Source of the DNA: an uncultured Bacillota bacterium
GTDB taxonomy: Bacteria > Bacillota_I > Bacilli_A > RF39 > UBA660
Direction of reading: 5' to 3'
DNA: 64,000 nt
Assembly (NCBI GenBank): GCA_905205665.1
Contig: CAJLEF010000002.1
Location: 85,050 to 149,049 of the forward strand
Made by a program: the position numbers and the translations under genes. Positions 44,169 through 53,884 of this stretch are shown here, in pieces. Under the pieces are notes generated by a model that was not told the DNA's origin, did not search any database, and saw only the letters and a program-made list of their open reading frames with translations. Numbering within the stretch: the first letter of the stretch is position 1; every line of letters starts with the position of its first letter.

Positions 44169-45509
44169 TTAATTAGGGTAATAAAGGGCCCTTTGACCAA
44201 ATAAATTATAAATTTTATTAAACTGGGTTCTATCATATCTTTTAATAGTGCCTGTAAAAGAATCGGATACTAAAACACTATGATTACTAAACCCCATAAT
44301 AACCACACTATGTAAATCACCAAGCCAGTTGATTCTTTCACCTGTTGGTTTATAAATCCAAGAGTTATAAATTTCAGTATCTATAAGATTAATGGAAATC
44401 CATACTTGCACAGGAATACCATTTTGCACAAAATTTAAAACACTATCTAAGGAATGTCCTGTGTAATCAATCATACCAGTTTTAAACTTGTTAGCCACCG
44501 TTTGAATTGGCTTTTGATAAACACCATAGCCATCCGGATTTCTTGGATCTCCTACAAATTCTATCTCAGGATTACCTCCATATAAAGTACCATCTTCTAA
44601 GTAAGGAGCATCTCCTTTTGGCAAAGCTTCGATGATTTCATTAAGGGTAACATTTACGTTATAAAAACGCAGTAAATTATAAAGGGCAACACTTTCACAG
44701 CCATTAGGATAATTAGGATATTGAGAAAAAGTTGGAAAATTAGAAATTTCATAAGTAACTTCTTTCGGAATAATAGTAATTGTCCTTTTTTCTTTTGCAG
44801 TATTTCCTAAAGAGTCTGATGCTTCATAGTAAATAGTATACGTTCCTGGCACTTGATAATTTACTTTACTATCATCTACTGTAAAACTAACCGTCCCAAA
44901 TCTTTTGTCTTCAGCCGTGACACCTGCATATAAATCTACCGTTTCTCCCACCTCAATAATAAGGGAAGATAACCCTTCAAAAACAGGAGGATCTTTATCT
45001 TCAATAATATTAAGGGTTGCATCCATATTGGCTTGATTACCATATTTATCCGTGACAATAATATTTACGGCTTGACCACCTAATTTCTTTTCAACCACGA
45101 TAGGTTCCATCGAATACTCTGATAAATCTTCGACATTTACAATAAAATCTTCAACCGTTGGAAGTTCTTCATCAATATAAATTTCTAAATCCTGTACTTC
45201 TATTAAAGGAGCAGTCGTATCTACAATTTTAACAAGGATAGAATAAGTAAAAATATTTACCTTTAGTTTAACTTGATAATTTCCAACCTCTTTTAAAGCA
45301 CTTAAATCTATATCCGTACTAGCCATTAGTTTTTCATCATTAATTAAGTCACTTAAAGAAATACTCTCGCCATATTCCTTAATAACATCTTTATTTATTC
45401 TTCTACCAATTTGAAAATAAAAGAAAGCATAACAACTACTTAGTATAACGAGAACAATTATAACAACACCTAATACTTTCAGCACTTTTTTATTACTTTG
45501 AGACACCAC
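44169..45509 (-). CDS. membrane-anchored protein with Ig-like repeats and a C-terminal C39-like (YvpB-type) cysteine peptidase domain
   Basis: N-terminal TM, then repeated about 70-aa beta-rich segments (DTTAPLI.., DKDPPVF..). QYPNYPNGCESVALYNLL is the papain-like Cys motif of Peptidase_C39_2. Confidence 0.6.
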   Translation of the reverse strand: MVSQSNKKVLKVLGVVIIVLVILSSCYAFFYFQIGRRINKDVIKEYGESISLSDLINDEKLMASTDIDLSALKEVGNYQVKLKVNIFTYSILVKIVDTTAPLIEVQDLEIYIDEELPTVEDFIVNVEDLSEYSMEPIVVEKKLGGQAVNIIVTDKYGNQANMDATLNIIEDKDPPVFEGLSSLIIEVGETVDLYAGVTAEDKRFGTVSFTVDDSKVNYQVPGTYTIYYEASDSLGNTAKEKRTITIIPKEVTYEISNFPTFSQYPNYPNGCESVALYNLLRFYNVNVTLNEIIEALPKGDAPYLEDGTLYGGNPEIEFVGDPRNPDGYGVYQKPIQTVANKFKTGMIDYTGHSLDSVLNFVQNGIPVQVWISINLIDTEIYNSWIYKPTGERINWLGDLHSVVIMGFSNHSVLVSDSFTGTIKRYDRTQFNKIYNLFGQRALYYPN

Positions 45510-45704
45510 AGTTTACCACATACCTTTTATCAAATATATCATAATTAATAGGTAGATAAAAGAAGACATTTTCATTTATGTCAAGTCACTTTTTAAAATT
45601 TTCTTTCATAAAATAGGATAAGATTCTTTCTTTCGCACTTTTTAGCAACTTAAAAGAGGTTATGTTTTTTCCTATGTAAAAATAAATACACAAGGAGTAT
45701 GTGT

Positions 45705-46184
45705 ATGATTGATGTTGGTGAAAAAATTAGATATATAAGAGAAACTTATGATGTGAAAGGAAATGAACTGGCCGATATTTTAAACATTTCAAAATCTTCG
45801 ATTTCACATTACGAAAAAAATGACCGCGATGTTCCTTTACGAAATCTGGTCAAAATATCCAATTACTTTGATTTATCTTTAGATTATATTCTCAATTTAA
45901 CAGATATTAAACGTTATGAAGATTTAAAAAAGCCTGTCGATTTAAAAATCACTAGTGAAAGAATTAAACAAATTTGTTTAGATCAAAAATGGACGAATGT
46001 AAAAATGGCGAAAATACTTAATACAACCGAGTCAAATATCAGGAAGTATAAAACCGGTCAAACGCTTATCTTAACTGCTTTTGCTTTAGAGCTTGCCAGC
46101 AAATATAACTATTCTTTAGATTGGTTAACAGGTCGAACAGAAAATAAATTTATCAAAAAAGACATCTATCAAAAATCAAGATAA
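45705..46184 (+). CDS. XRE-family regulator with two HTH domains
   Basis: HTH1 is IRETYDVKGNELADILNISKSSISHYEKNDR. HTH2 is CLDQKWTNVKMAKILNTTESNIRKYKTGQ. The start is at the ATG 7 nt after AAGGAG. Confidence 0.7.
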   Translation: MIDVGEKIRYIRETYDVKGNELADILNISKSSISHYEKNDRDVPLRNLVKISNYFDLSLDYILNLTDIKRYEDLKKPVDLKITSERIKQICLDQKWTNVKMAKILNTTESNIRKYKTGQTLILTAFALELASKYNYSLDWLTGRTENKFIKKDIYQKSR

Positions 46185-46196
46185 ATGTCTTTTTTT
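46155..46196. terminator. bidirectional terminator between the dual-HTH gene and rplT
   Basis: AAAAAAGACAT-19 nt loop-ATGTCTTTTTT, which gives a U-tract on both strands. Confidence 0.5.
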
Positions 46197-46197
46197 A

Positions 46198-46764
46198 TTA
46201 TTTTAAATTGCTAATTAATTCGTCTTTTTTCATAGTAGAATAACCTTTTAAGCCTTGTTCTTTAGCAACTGCTTTTAATTCAGCTAAAGTCATTTTACTA
46301 TAATCTTTTGTAGAAGCTTCTTCTTTAACTTCTTCTTTCTTTTCTACTTTTTTTGAAGTTTTTTCTTCTTTTACTTCTTCTTTAACAGCTTTTGTCTCTT
46401 TAACTCCGCCATTTAAAGCTTTTTTAGAAACTTCAACTAACTCAGTGAAAGCCTTAGGATTATCGATAGCTAATTCACTTAACATTTTACGGTTGATTTC
46501 AATACCAGCAATTGATAAACCGTTCATGAATTTAGAATAACTAATATCATTCATACGGCATGCTGCATTGATACGTGTAATCCAAAGTTTTCTGAAATCT
46601 CTTTTCTTTTGACGACGATCTCTATAAGCATAAGCTCCACTATGGAAAACTTGTTCTTGAGCCGTTTTATATAAACGATGTTTGCTACCAAAATATCCTT
46701 TTGCTTGTTTTAATACTTTTCTTCTTCTGTTTTTAGAAACAGTTCCGCCTTTAACTCTTGCCAT
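46198..46764 (-). CDS. rplT: 50S ribosomal protein L20 with about 70-aa C-terminal extension (KE-rich linker plus Rho_N/SAP-like motif)
   Basis: The N-terminal about 117 aa are canonical L20 ([26 protein letters not shown]...). The ORF continues to 188 aa and ends with [31 protein letters not shown]. Confidence 0.9.
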   Translation of the reverse strand: MARVKGGTVSKNRRRKVLKQAKGYFGSKHRLYKTAQEQVFHSGAYAYRDRRQKKRDFRKLWITRINAACRMNDISYSKFMNGLSIAGIEINRKMLSELAIDNPKAFTELVEVSKKALNGGVKETKAVKEEVKEEKTSKKVEKKEEVKEEASTKDYSKMTLAELKAVAKEQGLKGYSTMKKDELISNLK

Positions 46765-46779
46765 ATTTACACCACCTTA

Positions 46780-46977
46780 CTAGATAACAGATTTAATTCT
46801 GCTAGCTTCTCCTTTGCTTAATGTTCCTTTGTTACGTCTTTGACGAATTTGTTTTGCACTATCTTTACTTGTTTTATGGTTACTGTTACTTAATTTGTAA
46901 GAAAGTTCACCATTTTTTTTCTTTTTAAAAACTTTGCTACTTGCTTTATGAGTTTTCATTTTTGGTCCTTTAGCCAT
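46780..46977 (-). CDS. rpmI: 50S ribosomal protein L35
   Basis: 65 aa and very basic, with a PKMKTHK N-terminus. It lies between infC and rplT. Confidence 0.85.
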   Translation of the reverse strand: MAKGPKMKTHKASSKVFKKKKNGELSYKLSNSNHKTSKDSAKQIRQRRNKGTLSKGEASRIKSVI

Positions 46978-46993
46978 TTTAACTTCCTTCTTT

Positions 46994-47518
46994 CTATTTT
47001 TTAGGTGCTAAGATGATATACATATTACGTCCTTCTTGTTTTACTGGCGTTTCTATAGTACTCATCTCATTTAATTTTTCAGCAAATTTATTTAATACTT
47101 CACGACCTAATTCTGGATGAGCCATTTCTCTTCCTCTAAAACGAATAGAGGCTTTTACTTTGTGCCCACGTGTTAAATAATCTCCTGCATTTTTAACTCT
47201 TGTTTCAAAATCATGAATGTCAATGTTGACTGATAAACGATATTCTTTAAGTTCTTTATTCGTTTCTCTTTGTTTTTTCAAAGCATCTTTTTGCTTCTTT
47301 TGTTTCTCATAACGATACTTGTTATAATCCATGATTTTCCCAACAGCTGGAGTGGCATTACCACTCATAAGTACCAAATCAAGACCAGCAAAATTGGCAA
47401 TTGTTTTGGCATCTTCTAAAGATTTAACACCCATTTGTTCTCCATTAGGTCCGATTACCATTAATTCACTTACGCGAATATTATTGTTAATTGGTAATTC
47501 ATCCGTCTTCTTTGCTAT
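46994..47518 (-). CDS. infC: translation initiation factor IF-3, probable non-AUG (ATA) start
   Basis: IF-3 N and C domains (INNNIRVSELMVIGPNGEQMGV...). GGAGG (47528-47532) lies 9 nt before an in-frame ATA (47516-47518). The upstream part of the track ORF covers a terminator hairpin. Confidence 0.85.
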   Translation of the reverse strand: MAKKTDELPINNNIRVSELMVIGPNGEQMGVKSLEDAKTIANFAGLDLVLMSGNATPAVGKIMDYNKYRYEKQKKQKDALKKQRETNKELKEYRLSVNIDIHDFETRVKNAGDYLTRGHKVKASIRFRGREMAHPELGREVLNKFAEKLNEMSTIETPVKQEGRNMYIILAPKK

Positions 47519-47684
47519 ATCAATGCACCTCCATACAATGAAAAAGATGGATAGAAACCCTATCCACCTATTCATTTAAACAATTTTATAAAGATTTTTT
47601 CTTTTATTGTTTTAACCCAGTACTATGATACTAAGGTGAACAGATGGATAACTGTTTCTTCGTTCTTTTTCTATAACGTATTCA
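47519..47684 (-). promoter_or_regulatory. infC-rpmI-rplT leader with an intrinsic terminator hairpin (47541-47566): L20-leader-type attenuator candidate
   Basis: Minus strand: TGGATAG-GGTTT-CTATCCA-TCTTTTTC, about 10 nt upstream of the SD. An additional stem is AACAG-TTATCCAT-CTGTT. The arrangement matches Firmicutes L20-mediated attenuation. Confidence 0.45.
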
Positions 47685-47713
47685 ATACTACCAAAGTTAT
47701 ACGTCTTTGTCAA
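47685..47713 (-). promoter_or_regulatory. predicted infC operon promoter (TTGACA-17 nt-TAGTAT)
   Basis: Hexamers and spacing read directly, just downstream of the eno stop. Confidence 0.45.
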
Positions 47714-47721
47714 TCATTTTT

Positions 47722-49023
<1,302 letters not shown>

Positions 49024-49084
49024 TTATTCCTTCTTTCGAGTTATTATTATACCACTTGAAAATATTTAGGTAAATACTTGATGA

Positions 49085-49921
49085 CTAAATTGTTTTGAAA
49101 ACAAACCGATAAATATCGTCATCTTTTTCGTAAATACCGACTATTTGGTCGTTATGGGTCACAAAAATAAGGTCATCTTTGGCTTCTAAAGCAAGCTTAT
49201 TACCATTTTTAACACGTCCAAAATTGACTTCATCTAGTTCTACTTTAGGATAAAGAAATAAATTTTCTAAAGTTTTTAAAGGATAAGTTTCGTTTAAATC
49301 ATTTACGTTAACACATTCTTCTAAAGAAATGTTACCTTGTTTTGTCCTTTTTAAAGAGGTCATGGTTGCCACCATTTCCATTTCACTTGCCAAGTCTTCA
49401 ATCAAGCTTCTAATATAAGTACCTTTAGAAACTAATACCCGAAAAGTAATTTCATCTTTTGATATATCTAAAACCTCTAGTTCTTTAATTTGTACTTGTC
49501 TTTTAGGTAAGGAAATTTCAATATTTTCCCTTGCATATTCATACAATTTTTTCCCATTTACTTTCACAGCAGAATATTTAGGAACCGTTTGTAAGTACTC
49601 TTTGGGAAATTTGGCAAAACATTCCTTAATTTTTTCTTCAGAAGGGTATTTATCATCCCTTTTTATAATTTTACCGGTAACATCCCCCGTATCTGTTAAA
49701 ATGCCTAGTTTCATCGTAGCAATATATTCTTTTTCATAAGCGGTAATTTTTGAAACCAACTTAGTGTAAGAACCCAAACAGACCACCAAAACACCAGTAG
49801 CAAGTGGATCAAGTGTACCAGTATGTCCTACTTTTTTAGTATGATAAATTTTGCATATTTTATTAACGACATCACGACTTGTTACCCCTGACTCTTTATT
49901 TATAAATAATACACCATTCAT
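49085..49921 (-). CDS. truB: tRNA pseudouridine(55) synthase
   Basis: 278 aa with the GHTGTLDPLATGVL catalytic motif. Confidence 0.9.
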   Translation of the reverse strand: MNGVLFINKESGVTSRDVVNKICKIYHTKKVGHTGTLDPLATGVLVVCLGSYTKLVSKITAYEKEYIATMKLGILTDTGDVTGKIIKRDDKYPSEEKIKECFAKFPKEYLQTVPKYSAVKVNGKKLYEYARENIEISLPKRQVQIKELEVLDISKDEITFRVLVSKGTYIRSLIEDLASEMEMVATMTSLKRTKQGNISLEECVNVNDLNETYPLKTLENLFLYPKVELDEVNFGRVKNGNKLALEAKDDLIFVTHNDQIVGIYEKDDDIYRFVFKTI

Positions 49922-51333
49922 TAAATACCCCTTAAAACTCTTTTTAATTCTTTTTTCATCGTTTCTTTGGCATAAACTGTTTTGGCAATTTTAATATCCT
50001 CTTCTGTTGGCAATTCATAATTTCCTGTTATAATATTGATTTGATCGCCATCCTTAATACGATAGTTTTTTTCAACACTATTACCATTTACAATGGCTAA
50101 ACCCATATGTAGTCCAATAGTGGTATGAATGGAGTAAGCAAAATCCAGGGCAGTAGCGCCTTGAGGCAAACTACGACGATGACCATCACGATCAAAAAAA
50201 TCGACTGTTTTCTTAAAAATATCTTTTTCTATCTTCTGAAAGAAAGCCTTATCATTAGAAGATTCATCATCAAAAGTAAAAACAGATTGAAACATTTGAA
50301 AGCCACCACGATGAAGGAAACTATCATAACTCATTCCATAGGCTGCGGTTGTTTCCATTTTTTTATCTCTAATTTTAACTAGATAGTTTTCTCCACTTGG
50401 TGAGGTAATAATATCATGTATAGAACGATAATCATTTGGCTTTGGATTACTAATAAAGTCCACAACCGATTTTGAAGGATATAAACCATTAACTATTCCT
50501 AAAGCCACATAACAATCTTTAAGATTTTGTAAAATAATTTTTAAAGATATCATATCTTCTGAAGCTTTTTGATTTTTTTTATAACGTTCAAAATCAAGAT
50601 ATAGACCATATAAATTTTTAATACGATACGTCACTTGACTAGCTATTTTTTCACGTGTCAAACCATCTTGAACGCTGGTCATAATGTCTTTCATTTCATT
50701 TTCTGACTTTAAAGCTAATATTCTTTCTTCTTCTGCGACAGCTTGATATTTATCAGGATAGGTATATTGAAAACAAATATCTTCTAACTCATTTTTAATA
50801 CGATAAGCCCCCGTTCGTTCCGCTAAAGGGATGTAAACTTGAGTTGTTTCTAGTATTTTTCTTTTTCTCGTTTCTTCACTCCAGTACTTAGCAGTCCTCA
50901 TATTATGAAGACGATCAGCAAGTTTTACTTCCACTACTCTTATATCACTAGCACATGAAGTCATTAATTTTCTTAAAGAAGCATAGGTAATAGCCTGTTT
51001 AGACATATCCACCCGTCTTCCTACTTTCGTAACACCTTCGACAAGTTTCACCACATCTTGACCACGTTCATTTTGAAAAAGACTTAAAATATCTTCAGCT
51101 GTGTAGTCAGTATCTTCAATAACGTCATGTAAAAGTCCTGCACAAACGGTCGTACAGTCTTTTTGACTATCAAGAAGAATCTGAGCAACCGCAATAGGAT
51201 GTGTTACATATTCTTCTCCACTTTTACGATACACCCCGTTATGAGCATTCACAGCAAACTGATAAGATTTTAAAATATCTTTTTGTTCTTCTTCACTAAA
51301 TCTTTCTAATCCATTAAGTAACATACGTTCCAT
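49921..51333 (-). CDS. RelA/SpoT-homolog: HD hydrolase plus degenerate synthetase-like plus TGS domain, no ACT/RRM (470 aa)
   Basis: Hydrolase motifs HPIAVAQIL, LLHDVIEDT and ADRLHNMRT are intact. The synthetase region is alignable (YRIKNLYG, DMISLKII, DYRSIHD) but has LVKIRD where EIQIRT is expected. The TGS domain is at the C-terminus (LPQGATALDFAYSIHT). Confidence 0.8.
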   Translation of the reverse strand: MERMLLNGLERFSEEEQKDILKSYQFAVNAHNGVYRKSGEEYVTHPIAVAQILLDSQKDCTTVCAGLLHDVIEDTDYTAEDILSLFQNERGQDVVKLVEGVTKVGRRVDMSKQAITYASLRKLMTSCASDIRVVEVKLADRLHNMRTAKYWSEETRKRKILETTQVYIPLAERTGAYRIKNELEDICFQYTYPDKYQAVAEEERILALKSENEMKDIMTSVQDGLTREKIASQVTYRIKNLYGLYLDFERYKKNQKASEDMISLKIILQNLKDCYVALGIVNGLYPSKSVVDFISNPKPNDYRSIHDIITSPSGENYLVKIRDKKMETTAAYGMSYDSFLHRGGFQMFQSVFTFDDESSNDKAFFQKIEKDIFKKTVDFFDRDGHRRSLPQGATALDFAYSIHTTIGLHMGLAIVNGNSVEKNYRIKDGDQINIITGNYELPTEEDIKIAKTVYAKETMKKELKRVLRGI

Positions 51334-51350
51334 ATTTTGTCACACTCCTA

Positions 51351-51383
51351 AAACAAAAAACAGACGCTAAGTAGAGTCTGTTT
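51351..51383 (-). terminator. hairpin plus U-tract 20 nt upstream of the RSH gene RBS (terminator of the upstream operon or a leader attenuator)
   Basis: Minus strand: AAACAGAC-10 nt loop-GTCTGTTT-TTTGTTTT. Confidence 0.5.
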
Positions 51384-51423
51384 ATCTATTCTCATTAAAA
51401 ACTCCACTTCGTTCAATGATTTC

Positions 51424-51452
51424 ATACTATCATTTAAAAAAAGTAGTGTCAA
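51424..51452 (-). promoter_or_regulatory. candidate promoter TTGACA-17 nt-TAGTAT lying upstream of the 51351-51383 hairpin
   Basis: Hexamers and spacing read directly. It is located between the GNAT stop and the hairpin. Confidence 0.35.
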
Positions 51453-51463
51453 GAAATAATATT

Positions 51464-51895
51464 TTAAAGTAACTTATGCATGTGCCCATTGCTTTCTTTA
51501 AAACCTATTTTTTCATAAAAAGCCTGACTTTGGTTGCATGCATCTAAAAAGCAACTAGTTAAGAAAGTTTCATAATATTCTCCAATAACATTTTTCTTTC
51601 TTAAAACATACTCTAGAAGTTCTTTGCCTATTTGTTCTTTTTGATAATCCTTTTTTATAAAAAGTTGATCAATATATAAGGATTTTAAATTAACACTGAC
51701 ATAACAAGCCCCTATAAGTTCAACTTCTTTAAAAGCTCCAAAGACTAAAACTTTACCATTTAAGATATTTTGTTCATAAAAAGTTTGATTAGCATTTAAA
51801 TAATCAACATCCATATCAAAACATTCAAATCGCAGGTATTCTAATTGTTTCACAAGATTTTCATTTGGCAATATCAGTTTATAAGTAATGTTCAT
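51464..51895 (-). CDS. GNAT-family N-acetyltransferase
   Basis: 143 aa. The LFIKKDYQKEQIGKELLEYV segment fits the acetyl-CoA binding motif A (Q/R-x-x-G-x-G/A-like). Confidence 0.65.
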   Translation of the reverse strand: MNITYKLILPNENLVKQLEYLRFECFDMDVDYLNANQTFYEQNILNGKVLVFGAFKEVELIGACYVSVNLKSLYIDQLFIKKDYQKEQIGKELLEYVLRKKNVIGEYYETFLTSCFLDACNQSQAFYEKIGFKESNGHMHKLL

Positions 51896-52911
51896 TAGAT
51901 TTCCTTACTACGAAGTTGACCACAGGCAGCTGATATTTTACCACCAAATTCTCTTCTTACGGTAACATTTATTTTCTCTTTATATAAAGTATCATAGAAA
52001 GCATTGATATTTTCTTTCGGACTTTTTTTGAACTCGATATGATTCGTTTCATTATAAGGAATTAAATTAACATAGACATTCATCCCTCTTAAAAGATTGG
52101 CTAGTTCTTTCGCGTGACTCACTTTATCATTAACATTATCAAGCATAATGTACTCGATCGTAACACGTCTATTAGTTTTAAGAATATACGCTTTAATAGA
52201 AGACATTAACTCATCCATTTTATAGGCTTTACTAATTGGCATTAAAAGATTTCTTAAATGATCATTTGGGGCATGTAATGATATAGCTAAATTAATTTGT
52301 AAAGGAAAGTCACTTAGCTCTTTAATTTTTGGAACTAAACCACAAGTAGATAAAGTAATATGACGGGCCCCAATTTGAATACCTTTCGCGTCATTAATAA
52401 TTAAAATAAATTTCATCACATTATCATAGTTATCTAAAGGTTCCCCGATTCCCATAATAACCACAGAATTAATCTTTATGCCACTTATTTTTTCAATAGC
52501 TAAGATTTGCCCTACCATTTCTGATGTCTCTAAATTACGAACTTTTTTAAGACGTCCTGATTCACAAAAACGACAACCCATATTGCAACCCACTTGGGAA
52601 GACACACAAACAGAATTCCCATAGTTATGTTTCATCAAAACAGCTTCTATCTTTTCGCCATCTTGAAGTTCAAATAAAAACTTTTCCGTATCGGTATCAA
52701 TTTCTCTTTTTATGAGTTTAGGAAGATAAAGAGTAAAATCATTTTTCAATTTTTCTCTGATTTCTTTTTTTATATTAGAAAATTCTTCAATATTTTCACA
52801 TCTTTTTTGATAAAGCCATTCAAAAACTTGTAAAGCTTTGAACTTCTTTTCACCAATACTTTCAAAATAATTTTCTAACTCTGTTCTCGTAAGACCATAT
52901 AAATTCATCAT
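51895..52911 (-). CDS. rlmN: 23S rRNA/tRNA (adenine-C2)-methyltransferase RlmN (radical SAM)
   Basis: CNMGCRFC radical-SAM cluster and a C-terminal AACGQL motif. The start is set at the ATG 6 nt after GGAG (track: 52962). Confidence 0.9.
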   Translation of the reverse strand: MMNLYGLTRTELENYFESIGEKKFKALQVFEWLYQKRCENIEEFSNIKKEIREKLKNDFTLYLPKLIKREIDTDTEKFLFELQDGEKIEAVLMKHNYGNSVCVSSQVGCNMGCRFCESGRLKKVRNLETSEMVGQILAIEKISGIKINSVVIMGIGEPLDNYDNVMKFILIINDAKGIQIGARHITLSTCGLVPKIKELSDFPLQINLAISLHAPNDHLRNLLMPISKAYKMDELMSSIKAYILKTNRRVTIEYIMLDNVNDKVSHAKELANLLRGMNVYVNLIPYNETNHIEFKKSPKENINAFYDTLYKEKINVTVRREFGGKISAACGQLRSKEI

Positions 52912-52927
52912 GATCATCTCCGTTTCT

Positions 52928-52949
52928 AAAAAAGCGTAGAAATCTACGC
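52928..52949 (-). terminator. short hairpin plus U6 overlapping the fmt stop codon (weak terminator or processing site between fmt and rlmN)
   Basis: Minus strand: GCGTAG-ATTT-CTACGC-TTTTTT. The fmt TAG stop lies in the stem. Confidence 0.35.
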
Positions 52950-53879
52950 GTTTATTTGCCAATTTAAAATTGTTTCTTTTTGAACACCATTTAAATAATC
53001 TTTGGTATTCATAGCTTTTTTACCAAAAGGTTTTAAATGCGTTACATAAATCGTTCCATCTAACACATCAATACCAATACTATTTTTGGTTACTTCTCTT
53101 ACTTTACCTGGAGTGGTATTTGAATGAGGGACAAATGAGGCTTCTAAAATTTTAAATTCCTCACCATTTACTAAAATGTTAGCTGTAGGAAAAGGATTTA
53201 AACCTCTTATTTTATTAATGACTTCTTCACCACTTTTATTTAAATCAAGTCTTTCATCTTCTCTTTTAATATTGTAAGCATAACTTGCCTTTTCTTCGTC
53301 CTGTTTTTCTCTTTCGTTCGTGTGATTGATAATGCTTGGTAAAGTTTCTATTAAAAGATTAGCTCCTAAAGACGATAATACTTCATGAAGGGTACCTACA
53401 TTATCTTCTGGTTTGATATCATAGATAACTTTAGAAATCATATCTCCCGTATCCATACCTTTATCCATATACATAATGGTAACACCTGTTTGTTTTTCTC
53501 CATTAATTAAAGCCCAATGGATGGGTGCTCCCCCACGATATTTGGGAAGTAAAGATGCATGAACATTAAAAGCACCTAACTTAGGTAAGTTTAGTAGAAC
53601 CTCAGGAATAATTTGCCCATAAGCACAAGTAATAATTAAATCAGGCTTAGATGCCATGATAGGTTCATAGTCTTTTCTTATTTTTTCAGGTTGAAAAACA
53701 GGAATATTGTGTTTTACAGCGATTTCTTTCACGGGTGTCATTTGTTTTACTTTTTTTCTTCCTACCTCTTTATCTGGTTGACTAACGACTAAAACTACCT
53801 TGGTATTTTCTATCAATTTTTCTAATACAGGAACCGCAAAAGTAGGTGTTCCCATAAACACAACTCTTTTTTCTTTCAT
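52944..53879 (-). CDS. fmt: methionyl-tRNA formyltransferase
   Basis: 311 aa with RVVFMGTPTFAVPVL, NVHASLLPKYRGGAPI and a C-terminal formyltransferase domain. Confidence 0.95.
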   Translation of the reverse strand: MKEKRVVFMGTPTFAVPVLEKLIENTKVVLVVSQPDKEVGRKKVKQMTPVKEIAVKHNIPVFQPEKIRKDYEPIMASKPDLIITCAYGQIIPEVLLNLPKLGAFNVHASLLPKYRGGAPIHWALINGEKQTGVTIMYMDKGMDTGDMISKVIYDIKPEDNVGTLHEVLSSLGANLLIETLPSIINHTNEREKQDEEKASYAYNIKREDERLDLNKSGEEVINKIRGLNPFPTANILVNGEEFKILEASFVPHSNTTPGKVREVTKNSIGIDVLDGTIYVTHLKPFGKKAMNTKDYLNGVQKETILNWQINA

Positions 53880-53884
53880 ATGCC

